From Candidatus Moraniibacteriota bacterium (GTDB lineage Bacteria > Patescibacteriota > Minisyncoccia > Moranbacterales > UBA1568), in the NCBI GenBank assembly GCA_016699385.1, contig CP064974.1, positions 195,242 to 259,241 of the forward strand: a DNA stretch of 64,000 nucleotides. The letters are read 5' to 3'. Under the pieces are notes generated by a model, which saw only the letters and a program-made list of their open reading frames with translations, ran no database searches and had not been told where the DNA came from. A program made the position numbers and the translations under genes. This document shows, piece after piece, positions 1-9,391 of the stretch (the first letter of the stretch is position 1; every line of letters begins with the position of its first letter).

Positions 1-877
1 CGGCAAGGAGAGCGAAAACGACGAACTGGAGTCCGATGATAAAGAAGAGTGCGGAAAAAAAGAGGTAGTTTCGATAGGGGGAAATTTTGAAGTCTTGAAT
101 ATAGAAAACAAAGAAGGTGCAAAACAGGAGAAACGCGATGCCGATGAGGGTGAAGCCGGGGATGCCGAAGAACTTCATCGGGCGAACGTCTCGCACGGCT
201 TTTACGATGATGCGTGAGCTTTGTCGGATATAGTTTACGATGCTCTTCGTCATTTTGGATTTCCGTCCAGCGAAATAGGTGACGGGAACAGGAATCCAGA
301 TAATCTTGAGTCCTTTGCCAATTGCGTCGATGATAACTTCTTGTGTGTAGGTGAAATTCTCGAGGAGATTGAGACGCAAGAGCGACTCACGACTGTAGGC
401 GCGGAAGCCGCAAGTGAGATCTTGTATTGGTGTTTTGAGAAATCTGGATATAAGGCTTGCAGCGAGACGGTTGAGGCGATCTTTGACGAGGGGAATATTT
501 TGTGCGGCGTGTTCGCCGAAACGGTCGGCACTTACGATGTCCGCCTCTCCTGAGAGTATGGGCGCAATGAGTGTACCAATATCGTTGGGATCGAACTGTC
601 CATCGGCGTCGATGTTTACCATGATGTCCGTATCTGATTCGAGCGCTGTCTCGACCGAGGTGCGAAAGGCTCTTCCGAGTCCCCGGTTGCGTGAGTGTAT
701 GATCACGCGGTCGGCGCCTGCTTCTCGAGCGATTGAGCCGGTATTGTCGTTTGATCCATCATCGACAACATGCACGACCACCTTGTCGATGCCCTCGAAT
801 GATCGGGGAATTCTCCGTATCGTTTCACCGATCTTTTCCGCCTCGTTGAACGCGGGAATATTGATAACAAGTTTCAT
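1..877 (-). CDS. Glycosyltransferase family 2 (DPM1/GtrB-like), partial: N-terminus at 877, runs off the window start
   Basis: Manual reverse translation from ATG (complement of 875-877) gives MKLVINIPAFNEAEKIGETIRRIP...VVHVVDDGSNDNTGSIAREAGADRVI...NIDADGQFDP, a typical GT2 DXD architecture, followed by C-terminal TM segments. Missing from the ORF track because there is no stop inside the window. Confidence 0.8.
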   Translation of the reverse strand, partial: MKLVINIPAFNEAEKIGETIRRIPRSFEGIDKVVVHVVDDGSNDNTGSIAREAGADRVIIHSRNRGLGRAFRTSVETALESDTDIMVNIDADGQFDPNDIGTLIAPILSGEADIVSADRFGEHAAQNIPLVKDRLNRLAASLISRFLKTPIQDLTCGFRAYSRESLLRLNLLENFTYTQEVIIDAIGKGLKIIWIPVPVTYFAGRKSKMTKSIVNYIRQSSRIIVKAVRDVRPMKFFGIPGFTLIGIAFLLFCTFFVFYIQDFKISPYRNYLFFSALFFIIGLQFVVFALLA

Positions 878-878
878 A

Positions 879-1109
879 TCATTTTTTCTTTATGAGTTTT
901 GAAAATTCAAAACAGGCGACTTTGCAGCGGGCGTTTTCGGTTCCGTTCTTTACGATATCTTGCTGGCATTCGAGTGCGACGCCGAAGCAGCGACTCTGGC
1001 TCTCTCGGATATACAACCAGTCTATTTGGTAGTGGAAGAAATTCAAAAGGAAACTCCCGACGACGATTGCGCCAACTATCCAAATAGCGAGACGAAGAAG
1101 ATGAAACAT
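879..1109 (-). CDS. Small hypothetical membrane protein (76 aa) immediately upstream of the GT2 gene
   Basis: ORF track; hydrophobic segment LLRLAIWIVGAIVVGSFLLNFF; its stop abuts the GT2 start. Weak support. Confidence 0.3.
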   Translation of the reverse strand: MFHLLRLAIWIVGAIVVGSFLLNFFHYQIDWLYIRESQSRCFGVALECQQDIVKNGTENARCKVACFEFSKLIKKK

Positions 1110-1135
1110 ACGTGTTATTAGCAGTGTGTTCTGTG

Positions 1136-2428
1136 CTATCGCCCGATACCTTTGTAGACGATTCCGGACTTTCGGAACAAATTTTTATCAAACGCGTTCT
1201 TGCCATCGATGAAAACTTTAATCTTGTGTTTCTTGAGAAGAGTGGGGGTAATTGCTTCTTTGAATTCCGCATGATCGGTTGCGAGGATGAGCGCGGTGGA
1301 TTTCTTGAGTATGGCGTCGAGAGACTTCAGGCTTGAGCGATCGAGAATATGCGGATCGAAAGTTTCTACTTTTGCTTGGTGTTTCTTGAGATGCTCGATG
1401 ATGCGCACGGATGGTGATTCGCGCACGTCGTCGATATTCGCTTTGTAGGCGATGCCGAGAACGCCAATAGTGGTGCCATTGAGAGGGAGCTTAACCGTGT
1501 TGAGCGCATCTTGGAGGAGCTCGACCGTATAATCTGGCATGTCATTGTTGATTTCTCGGGCAAGACGCAGGAATTTGTGATCGAATCCGGCTTTCTTGGC
1601 GCGCTCTATCAAATAGTAGGGATCGACTGGAATGCAGTGACCGCCGACGCCACAGGAAGGGAAGTGTGCAAGGAAAGAGAATGGCTTGGTTGCAGCACCG
1701 CGGATAACGTCAGTGACATCAATACCGAGTCGGTCGAAGGATCGGGCAAGCTCATTGACGAAGGCGATATTTATATCTCGAAAGGAATTTTCAACCACCT
1801 TGACCGCTTCGGCTTCGCGGATGGACTTCATAGGGCGGATTTCACCGTCAATTATAGACTGATAGAAATCAAGGGCGCGTTTGAGTCCGATGGCATCGAG
1901 TGAACCGACGACGCGAGGGATATTGGTGACATTCCATACCTCGTCTCCCGGATTGATGCGCTCGGGACAGTGAGCAATGAAGACATCTTTGTTGATGATG
2001 TGTCCCGCTTTTTCAAAAAGGGGAACAACAACTTCTTCGGAAACGCCGGGATTGACGGTTGACTCGAGTACGACGAGCGCGCCCTTCTTGAGATTCCCAG
2101 CGATAGTCTCCATGGCACCAATGACGGGTGTCAGATCGGGCGCGTACATTTCATCGACGGGTGTCGGGACGCAGACGAGGATGATATCCGCGCGTTTGAG
2201 TGTATGTGGATCGGAAGAAGTGGAGAAAGGATATTTTGGAAGGTTCTCTTCGAGGTACTGATCTTCGATAGGGCTTTTTCCTCGGCTGATGAGGGCGTTC
2301 TTTTTTTCGTCGAGATCAAATCCGACAACATCGTATCCTCGTTCTTTTGCACGTACAGCAAGTGGCAATCCCACATATCCCAATCCGACAATACCAACGG
2401 TTGTATTTTTTTTCTCACCTTCTTTCAT
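1136..2428 (-). CDS. Nucleotide-sugar dehydrogenase (UDP-glucose/GDP-mannose dehydrogenase family)
   Basis: N-terminal Rossmann motif GIVGLGYVGLPLA and catalytic region GGHCIPVDPYYL; 430 aa. Confidence 0.9.
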   Translation of the reverse strand: MKEGEKKNTTVGIVGLGYVGLPLAVRAKERGYDVVGFDLDEKKNALISRGKSPIEDQYLEENLPKYPFSTSSDPHTLKRADIILVCVPTPVDEMYAPDLTPVIGAMETIAGNLKKGALVVLESTVNPGVSEEVVVPLFEKAGHIINKDVFIAHCPERINPGDEVWNVTNIPRVVGSLDAIGLKRALDFYQSIIDGEIRPMKSIREAEAVKVVENSFRDINIAFVNELARSFDRLGIDVTDVIRGAATKPFSFLAHFPSCGVGGHCIPVDPYYLIERAKKAGFDHKFLRLAREINNDMPDYTVELLQDALNTVKLPLNGTTIGVLGIAYKANIDDVRESPSVRIIEHLKKHQAKVETFDPHILDRSSLKSLDAILKKSTALILATDHAEFKEAITPTLLKKHKIKVFIDGKNAFDKNLFRKSGIVYKGIGR

Positions 2429-2570
2429 AGCGCAGTATAATCAGATTATTCTTTCTGCCCCTTATTGTACGAAAAAAGAGTAAAGAAGTCGAGGTGCGCG
2501 GATGAAAGAGGTGTAATCGGGCGTAGCAGGGGTCTTCTAACCCTTCGTGAGAGGAGAACGCTTTGTGGTC

Positions 2571-2600
2571 TTGACAAAACATTGTATTATGCGTTAATAT
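2571..2600 (+). promoter_or_regulatory. Sigma70-type promoter: TTGACA, 17-18 nt spacer, TAATAT
   Basis: TTGACA at 2571-2576 and TAATAT at 2595-2600, seen directly, upstream of the ATG at 2636. Confidence 0.5.
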
Positions 2601-2635
2601 TATTTCACTCAATTTTATCCGAAGAACGCATCATT

Positions 2636-3790
2636 ATGACAGCCCCAGACACGAGAGCGGAGGGAAAACTCAAGCACAGAACGCGTCAGATTCAGAAGAC
2701 GGCGAAGATGGAGAAAACAGGGAAGATATCTCGAAAGGATGCCTCCTCCCGAGGGTTTTATGGTACGGCATTTCACCGTTTCTTGCACTCGATATCGCCA
2801 CGGGCAGTTGCTATTGTCTCGGCGCGCTACGGCGCAGGCGGGAAGGAACCGATGACGCTCGAAGAAATCGGGAAGACCTATGGCATTACGCGTGAGCGAA
2901 TTCGTCAGATTATCTCGGTACTCCTCGGGAATGTTCGCGCACGTCGTTACCCGGCATCACTCGAGGAAGTATCGAAGCGCATGGAGTCGACGCTCATGGG
3001 CAAAAGTGGTATCATGAAGAGGCAAGTATTTTTTGAAGCGATTGCTGGAACAGACACAAAAGAACAGGGCGCCGCTCGGTTTTTCTTGGCTGTTTTGTCG
3101 GAGCGTTTTCGAATGCTCGAAAGCAATTCGATGACACCTTCTATTGCTGTGGCTTCGTTTGCTGATGCCTCATGGGAGGCAGTAAACACGGCAGCAAAAA
3201 CACTACTTGTCGAAAACGGCGAATCACTCCTCGAAGCAGAATTTTTGAAACGAATCGCCAAACACCCTTCACTCAAAGCGGTTTCTCAGAAGACGATATT
3301 GGATTTTCTCGCGGTGTCGGAAGACTGTCGCAAGAATCCTTTTGGTCAGTGGGGACTTCCTGAATGGAGTGATATTTGTCCGCGAGGAACACGAGAGCGT
3401 GCCTATCTCGTTGTTCGCGCCGAAGGAAAGCCACTGCACTTCCGTGAGATAGCAGCGAAAATAGACCAGTCCGGATTGCAGAAGCCAGGGAAGGTGACGC
3501 ATCCCCAGACCGTGCACAATGAATTGATCAAAGATAAGCGATTTGTGTTGGTAGGGCGTGGTACCTATGCGCTCGTGGAGTGGGGATTCCGACGAGGAAC
3601 TGTCCGCGAAGTTGTTGAGGAAATACTGCGTGAGCGAGGCGTGCCCGTGAAGCGTGATGAGCTTGTGTCTGAGGTGCTCAAAGTTCGCGATGTGAAGGCA
3701 TCTACGGTGGTTATCAATCTCAATGCCTTTTTTGCTCGTACTCCAGAGGGTACCTATAGCTTGAAGGAGTCGAAGAAGCGAGCGAAATAG
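2636..3790 (+). CDS. Sigma-70 region 4-like HTH domain protein with a long C-terminal extension
   Basis: Segment MTLEEIGKTYGITRERIRQIISVLLGNVRA resembles RpoD region 4.2. Start placed at M 2636 (downstream of the promoter) rather than the upstream in-frame M at 2465. Confidence 0.55.
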   Translation: MTAPDTRAEGKLKHRTRQIQKTAKMEKTGKISRKDASSRGFYGTAFHRFLHSISPRAVAIVSARYGAGGKEPMTLEEIGKTYGITRERIRQIISVLLGNVRARRYPASLEEVSKRMESTLMGKSGIMKRQVFFEAIAGTDTKEQGAARFFLAVLSERFRMLESNSMTPSIAVASFADASWEAVNTAAKTLLVENGESLLEAEFLKRIAKHPSLKAVSQKTILDFLAVSEDCRKNPFGQWGLPEWSDICPRGTRERAYLVVRAEGKPLHFREIAAKIDQSGLQKPGKVTHPQTVHNELIKDKRFVLVGRGTYALVEWGFRRGTVREVVEEILRERGVPVKRDELVSEVLKVRDVKASTVVINLNAFFARTPEGTYSLKESKKRAK

Positions 3791-3829
3791 GAGGGAAGTA
3801 CGCTCTTTAGAGTCTGCTAAGAAGAACAA

Positions 3830-5227
3830 TTGTTCCTGAAAAGACAGTGCGGAAGTATACCTTTTGAGTGTTTCTTTGGCAGACTCTTAATCAACAGAAT
3901 GCGTGAGGGATTTTCAACGAACTATCCCATGGGCACTATTTTATTGCAGAATTTTAGAGGCATGTCGGAGGCGCTCTTGTCTATCTGGAGCGTTATGGGA
4001 GAAGTGTGGTTTTTGGTGCTCCCACCAGCACTCTACTTTGTTTTCAAATTTCTCTGGATGGATCACATCCAGAATCAGTACATCGGAAATACCAAGAACG
4101 TGCTTCTCGAGATTATTTCGCCACGCGATATCGAGAGGAGTCCCAAGGTGATGGAGACGATTTTCGATGGTATTGCAGGGGTTGATAAAGGTCCAACGAC
4201 AGTCGAGACTTATGTACAAGGGTATCTCCCGCCACTCATTAGTCTTGAGATGACGGGCGATGGTGTCGAGGGCACGCATCTCTATGTGCGGACGCCGGTG
4301 GTTTTTAGGAATCTTATTGAGGCATATTTTTACGCGCAATATCCCAATGTCGAAATCGTTGAGGTAGCTGACTATGTCGATGAAATTCCAAAAGGTGCGC
4401 CGAATCGAGACTGGGATCTGTTTGGAGTTGATATTGAATTTACCAAGCCTGATGCCTATCCGATCAAGACGTATCACTACTATGAGGAAGAAGTGACAGG
4501 GAAAATGATTGATCCGCTCGCAGGGCTTTTCGAGAGCTTTGGGAAATTGCCGCCGGGTCAGAAGCTCTGGTTTCAAATGATCATTACGCCACTCAAGCCG
4601 GATTATTACAATACCGGGAAGGCGCTCCTTGATGAAATTATTGGGCGTGCGGTCAAGGTGAAGCCGTCTTCGGCGCTTGGCAATCTGGCAGCGGGTATTG
4701 GAGAAATAGCGACGGCTGTTCCCAAAGCGTTCTTCGGGCCAGTCGAATTCGCTCCAGCAACACCAGAAAAGCCGGATAAAAAAGACTTTCTTGAATATCA
4801 ATTGACGCCGGTCGAAAAAGAAGTAGTGAAGGCGCTCGAGTCGAATATCGGGCGCAATGTGTTCGGGTCTCGTCTTCGTATGATCTATATCGGCAAGAGA
4901 AAGGGCTTCGACAAATCATTTGTGTCGACATTTTTTGGAGGACTCAAGCAGTTCAACGACTTCAATCTCAATGGCTTCAAGCCGAATGACGCGTCGAAAA
5001 CCTATGCGAACTATCTCCTGACCGATATGCGCCTTCGCTATCGACAGCGGAAAATTTTGCGTCGTTACAAATTTCGCGATCCCGACTCTCCGGTTCCGAT
5101 GCTCGCGCTCAGTACTGCGGAGCTTGCGACGCTCTTCCACATTCCTGACATGAACGTTGTTGCACCTTCCCTGCCACGCATCTCCGCGAAGCGAGGTTCT
5201 GCACCACAGAATTTGCCGATTCAATAG
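3830..5227 (+). CDS. Conserved hypothetical protein with N-terminal TM helix, partner of the downstream VirD4-like ATPase
   Basis: 465-aa ORF; TM segment VWFLVLPPALYFVFKFLW; possible later starts at 3929 or 3962; no recognisable catalytic motif. Confidence 0.55.
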   Translation: MFLKRQCGSIPFECFFGRLLINRMREGFSTNYPMGTILLQNFRGMSEALLSIWSVMGEVWFLVLPPALYFVFKFLWMDHIQNQYIGNTKNVLLEIISPRDIERSPKVMETIFDGIAGVDKGPTTVETYVQGYLPPLISLEMTGDGVEGTHLYVRTPVVFRNLIEAYFYAQYPNVEIVEVADYVDEIPKGAPNRDWDLFGVDIEFTKPDAYPIKTYHYYEEEVTGKMIDPLAGLFESFGKLPPGQKLWFQMIITPLKPDYYNTGKALLDEIIGRAVKVKPSSALGNLAAGIGEIATAVPKAFFGPVEFAPATPEKPDKKDFLEYQLTPVEKEVVKALESNIGRNVFGSRLRMIYIGKRKGFDKSFVSTFFGGLKQFNDFNLNGFKPNDASKTYANYLLTDMRLRYRQRKILRRYKFRDPDSPVPMLALSTAELATLFHIPDMNVVAPSLPRISAKRGSAPQNLPIQ

Positions 5228-5276
5228 TTTGAGTTGGTTTTGTGTTGGATTTCTGTTTCTTTTGAGTTTCTTGCCT

Positions 5277-7361
5277 ATGTCTGATATCACCTATTTTGCA
5301 AAAACGAATTTTCGGAACGAAGATCGCGTCTTCGGCATCAAGGCCGATGATCGCCGACGACACATGTATGTCATCGGAAAGACAGGCATGGGGAAGACGA
5401 ATATGCTCGAAAACCTTGTCATTCAAGATATTCAGCACGGACATGGCGTTGCCTTTATCGATCCACACGGCGATACGGCAGAGAAACTCATACGCGCCAT
5501 TCCGCCGTCACGCGTCAATGATGTGATTTATTTCAATCCGTCGGATCAAGATTTCCCGGTCGCCTTCAATGTGATGGAACATGTGTCGGCAGAATACCGA
5601 CATTTGGTTGCTTCTGGTTTGGTGGGTGTATTCAAGAAGATCTGGGCGGATTCTTGGGGACCGCGTCTCGAATATATTTTGCGAAATGCGATTCTCGCAC
5701 TCCTTGAATATCCGGGGAGTACGCTCCTTGGCGTGATGCGCATCTTGGTCGACAAAGAATATCGCAAGCGCGTGGTCGACAAAGTGACGGATCCGGTGGT
5801 GAAGTCGTTTTGGGTGGATGAATATACCAAGTGGAATGACCGAGTGTTGCAGGAAGTAATTGCGCCAATTCAGAACAAGGTTGGGCAATTTCTCTCGAGC
5901 TCGCTTATCCGCAATATTGTCGGGCAGACGGTTTCGTCATTCGATGTCCGCGATATTATGGACAATCGAAAGATTCTCATCATGAATCTTTCGAAGGGAC
6001 GTATCGGTGAGGATAATAGTGCGCTTATTGGCGCGATGATGATTACGAAGATTCAGCTCGCTGCTATGGGACGCGTAGATATTCCCGAGGACGAACGGCG
6101 GGATTTCTATCTCTATGTCGACGAATTCCAGAACTTTGCAACGGAATCATTTGGGAATATTCTTTCCGAAGCGCGAAAATACCGCCTTAACCTCGTCCTC
6201 GCCAATCAATACATCTTGCAGATTGAGGAACCCGTGCGGGATGCCATTTTTGGCAATGCAGGAACCATTATCAGTTTTCGTGTCGGGTCAACGGACGCTG
6301 AATTTCTCGAAAAGGAATTCTCACCGATTTTCTTGGCGACGGATATCGTGAATCTGGAGAAATATCACATCTATCTGAAGCTCATGATTGATGGCATCTC
6401 TGGCGATGCCTTCAGTGCGACAACGCTTCCGCCCATTGATCTTCCAGAAAGCGCTGACAACGCTGACAAAGTAATCCGCATTTCTCGCGAGCGATATGCG
6501 GCAAAGAAACAGGATGTTGAAGACAAGATTCGTCGTTGGACGGGCATTCTCACGGAAGAAGAGCGCCAGAGCTTCGAAGAACGCATGCGAATGCGTGTTG
6601 AGACGACGCTCACCAAACGAACTTCTCAGGAAATGAATGTTTCAGTTCCAGCGCCTTCTGCTTCACCTTCGAATCGAGAGGCTTCGCTTGGGCAGCATCG
6701 AGAAAGTCGGTACTCTTCTGAAAGAGCGGTTTCTCGGGAGTTTCCGTCGCATTTGCAGCAACCGTCTCCACGAAAAGAATTTTCCGCTCCCAATGAACTC
6801 ACAGTTTCTTCCACTCCACGGTATGAATCGAATGTGTCTTTTTCTTCATCACGTTCGGATGTTCGTCCGAGTCAGAGACAAGAAGCGTTATCGGGAAATG
6901 ACGCGCCGTCTTTCAACAATCGCCCCTTGTACAAGTCTGTGTGTGCCGTGTGCGGTGTTGAGATAGACGTTCCTTTCAAACCCGATGGGAAGCGCCCGAC
7001 ATTTTGTCGTGAGCATTTCAAGAATTTCCAGAAAACTGTTGCTCGGACTCGGGTGGATACTTCCACAGCTCTTCCGTCATTGGATTCGCGTTCAGATGCT
7101 GTTCAGAGCAGTGGTATGCCGAGAAATTTTGAGCCGAATCTTGCAAGGCGTGACGATCGTATGTCGCCGAGACTGCCACGTGAACAGAATTCCTTCATTC
7201 CCAAGGCATATACTCCAAAAGACGCGCCGATTTCTTTGGGGCAAATGCAACATATCGCCCCAAAACCTTTCAAGCGGGTGAAAGAAACGGTGGATCTGAG
7301 CGAAGTGCGAAAGATTCTTTCGTCCGAGCGAATGCCAGATGTCGATTCGAAGATTGACTAG
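5277..7361 (+). CDS. VirD4/TraG/TraD-like type IV coupling-protein-family ATPase with a Ser/Pro/Arg-rich C-terminal tail and C-terminal zinc ribbon
   Basis: Walker A YVIGKTGMGKTNMLENL...AFIDPHGD and Walker B-like ILIMNLSKGRIGE...LYVDEFQNFA, typical of TraG/VirD4/HerA-like ATPases. C-terminal 300 aa are low complexity and include CAVCGVEIDVPFKPDGKRPTFCREHF (C-x2-C...C-x2-H). Start chosen at MSDITYFAK (5277) rather than the upstream in-frame M at 5157. Confidence 0.7.
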   Translation: MSDITYFAKTNFRNEDRVFGIKADDRRRHMYVIGKTGMGKTNMLENLVIQDIQHGHGVAFIDPHGDTAEKLIRAIPPSRVNDVIYFNPSDQDFPVAFNVMEHVSAEYRHLVASGLVGVFKKIWADSWGPRLEYILRNAILALLEYPGSTLLGVMRILVDKEYRKRVVDKVTDPVVKSFWVDEYTKWNDRVLQEVIAPIQNKVGQFLSSSLIRNIVGQTVSSFDVRDIMDNRKILIMNLSKGRIGEDNSALIGAMMITKIQLAAMGRVDIPEDERRDFYLYVDEFQNFATESFGNILSEARKYRLNLVLANQYILQIEEPVRDAIFGNAGTIISFRVGSTDAEFLEKEFSPIFLATDIVNLEKYHIYLKLMIDGISGDAFSATTLPPIDLPESADNADKVIRISRERYAAKKQDVEDKIRRWTGILTEEERQSFEERMRMRVETTLTKRTSQEMNVSVPAPSASPSNREASLGQHRESRYSSERAVSREFPSHLQQPSPRKEFSAPNELTVSSTPRYESNVSFSSSRSDVRPSQRQEALSGNDAPSFNNRPLYKSVCAVCGVEIDVPFKPDGKRPTFCREHFKNFQKTVARTRVDTSTALPSLDSRSDAVQSSGMPRNFEPNLARRDDRMSPRLPREQNSFIPKAYTPKDAPISLGQMQHIAPKPFKRVKETVDLSEVRKILSSERMPDVDSKID

Positions 7362-7520
7362 AGCCTATCTCAAAAATAATCTTTGCTTTACTTTCTGTAA
7401 ATTTTGACGGGAAATCATTCAAAATTCGTTGAAATATCTCGATATACCTCCTCGTTTTTCATGATTTTCCATTCAAATTTCCTAAAAAGCGTCGAAAGCT
7501 ATTTTTGAGATAGGCTCTAG
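7357..7520. repeat. Perfect 21-bp inverted repeat (CTAGAGCCTATCTCAAAAATA / TATTTTTGAGATAGGCTCTAG) bracketing 121 bp
   Basis: Seen directly at 7357-7377 and 7500-7520; the left arm overlaps the stop codon of the VirD4-like gene. Confidence 0.8.
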
Positions 7521-7528
7521 GAATTGAC

Positions 7529-7744
7529 ATGTACGTTGAGGGCTTCTGGCAATTTTCTCTCTGTGAATTTTTTGCTATACTGTCTGATGCCGTTGATTTC
7601 TTGTATTTACTGTTTGATGAAACGCGTATGACATCATTCAAAAAACGCTATCGACGAATCTATGCCGCTTGGGTCGTTGTGTCGATTCTCGCGGTCATAT
7701 CGATGATATTCTTCCTGATTGCTCCTATCTTTACGTATCGATAA
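7529..7744 (+). CDS. Small hypothetical membrane protein (possibly only the 38-aa C-terminal part from M 7628)
   Basis: ORF track; C-terminal TM segment AAWVVVSILAVISMIFFLIAPIF; an extended -10 (TGcTATACT, 7573-7581) lies inside the longer ORF, which argues for the shorter form. Confidence 0.2.
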   Translation: MYVEGFWQFSLCEFFAILSDAVDFLYLLFDETRMTSFKKRYRRIYAAWVVVSILAVISMIFFLIAPIFTYR

Positions 7745-7769
7745 ATCGCCTGTGTGGAGACTCTGATGT

Positions 7770-8168
7770 ATGAAGAGAATCGCGCTTACTTTTGTGTCTG
7801 GTGCCGTGGTTTTGTTTGGCGTTGTCGGGAGTATAGTGATGGGATATCGTGCGTATCAGGAATCTGAGCGAAACAAGGCTATTGCGGAAGAAATTCAATC
7901 ACTCCAAGATGAAGCGAATCGAGTTGATCAAGAGAATCGGAAATTGAGTGATCGTATAGAATACCTCCAGTCGGACACGTTTCGTGAGCGGGAAGCAAAG
8001 CGGGTTCTTGAATATCAGAAATCGGGAGAAAAAGTAGTTTTCATTCGAGAACGTGCCGGCATGCCAAAGGATTCTTCGGAGGATTCATCTCAAGATGAGC
8101 CATTTGTGCTTGGAGTATCAACTGATACGGAACCAAATCCCCTCAAATGGTGGCGAGAGTTTTTCTGA
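7770..8168 (+). CDS. FtsB/DivIC-like septum formation initiator
   Basis: N-terminal TM plus coiled coil (EEIQSLQDEANRVDQENRKLSDRIEYLQSD), 132 aa. Confidence 0.65.
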   Translation: MKRIALTFVSGAVVLFGVVGSIVMGYRAYQESERNKAIAEEIQSLQDEANRVDQENRKLSDRIEYLQSDTFREREAKRVLEYQKSGEKVVFIRERAGMPKDSSEDSSQDEPFVLGVSTDTEPNPLKWWREFF

Positions 8169-8256
8169 GAAACAATAAGCATGTTTTCCTAGTGCCTTGA
8201 GCAGGATTTGAGTTGTCTGAGAATGGTTTTTAGTTTTCTTCTCTCTGATATTCGTT

Positions 8257-9342
8257 ATGTCTCAATACGATACACAATCTGAGATTGCTAAAGAAAATGC
8301 GAAGAAACACGGAGTTGTTCGTGTTCGGACGGTGCTTTTTGGACTGCTCCTTACGGGTATTTTGGCTATGCTGGGGCTATCCTTGCTTGTGGCATTTGCT
8401 CCGGATGCATCCGTTGGCGTGGTTATGCGTCGCGTCCTTCCGTTTCCGGTTGCCATTGCCGATGGTGCTTTCATCTCATATGGCGAACTCGATAAGAATC
8501 GAGAGTCTCTTCGCCGTTTTTACGAATCGCAGTCGGATGATTTGGAACAGCGGGGATTTCGTGTGGATTTCAACACGCCAGATGGAAAGAAACGATTGCT
8601 TCTTCGAGAGAAGGATATTTTAAACAAGCTTGTGGAAGATCGCATCATTCTTTTCTTGGCACAGGGAAAGGGCATTCGATTCTCCGATGGAGAAGCGATG
8701 GCAAAGGTTAAAGAGGCGATACAAGAGCAGGGTGGCAGTCAAGAAAATCTTGAGAATCAACTCGCGCGTTTCTATGGATGGAACCTTTCGGAGTTTAAAG
8801 AGAAGATTGTTGTTCCATCGCTTTATCGGGAAGCACTTGAGGCGTCTTTCATGAAAGAGCGTGACGTGACAGCGGCAAAGTCGGCAATTGAGAAAGCGGC
8901 TTCAGAGCTTAGTAATGGGACGGCGTTCGAAACTGTTGCAGAGACGTTTTCGGATGGTGACTCCAAGAAAGATGGCGGCGATCTCGGCTGGACAGATATT
9001 GAGGCATTGGTTCCGGAACTGCAGGATGCGGCGCGAACACAGTCTATTAATGCGGTTGGGTCGATACTTGAGAGTACGCTTGGATTCCATATTGTGGTCG
9101 TCTTGGATCGGAAAACAGAATCCGGAAAAGAGCTGGTTCGAATGCGGCAAATATTTACGCGAAAGCCATCATTTCCGGACTGGCTTGCTGAGAAGAAGCG
9201 TGAGGCAGTAATTTTTATTCTTCCTCGTCGCTATCTCTGGGATGCGGAAAGTGGGAGTGTCATATTTCGTGACGAAGCGTTGCGTGCTTTTGAGAAGACG
9301 GCGCTTCAACAATCTGAAGGAGATCCCTCGCTTGTCTTCTAA
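8257..9342 (+). CDS. PpiC/parvulin-type peptidyl-prolyl isomerase (PrsA/SurA-like), membrane anchored
   Basis: Parvulin signature DGGDLGWTD...GFHIVVVL and an N-terminal TM segment. Confidence 0.8.
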   Translation: MSQYDTQSEIAKENAKKHGVVRVRTVLFGLLLTGILAMLGLSLLVAFAPDASVGVVMRRVLPFPVAIADGAFISYGELDKNRESLRRFYESQSDDLEQRGFRVDFNTPDGKKRLLLREKDILNKLVEDRIILFLAQGKGIRFSDGEAMAKVKEAIQEQGGSQENLENQLARFYGWNLSEFKEKIVVPSLYREALEASFMKERDVTAAKSAIEKAASELSNGTAFETVAETFSDGDSKKDGGDLGWTDIEALVPELQDAARTQSINAVGSILESTLGFHIVVVLDRKTESGKELVRMRQIFTRKPSFPDWLAEKKREAVIFILPRRYLWDAESGSVIFRDEALRAFEKTALQQSEGDPSLVF

Positions 9343-9391
9343 TGTCCCTCGAAATCTTCTTTACAATTCATAATTCTTTTTACTTCTTCGT

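Noticed and set aside
221-902. ORF-track ORFs 221..553(+), 250..531(-), 414..902(+)
   Set aside because: All lie inside or antisense to the GT2 glycosyltransferase, which reads on the minus strand in a different frame from ATG 877 and has clear DXD-type motifs; these are shadow ORFs.
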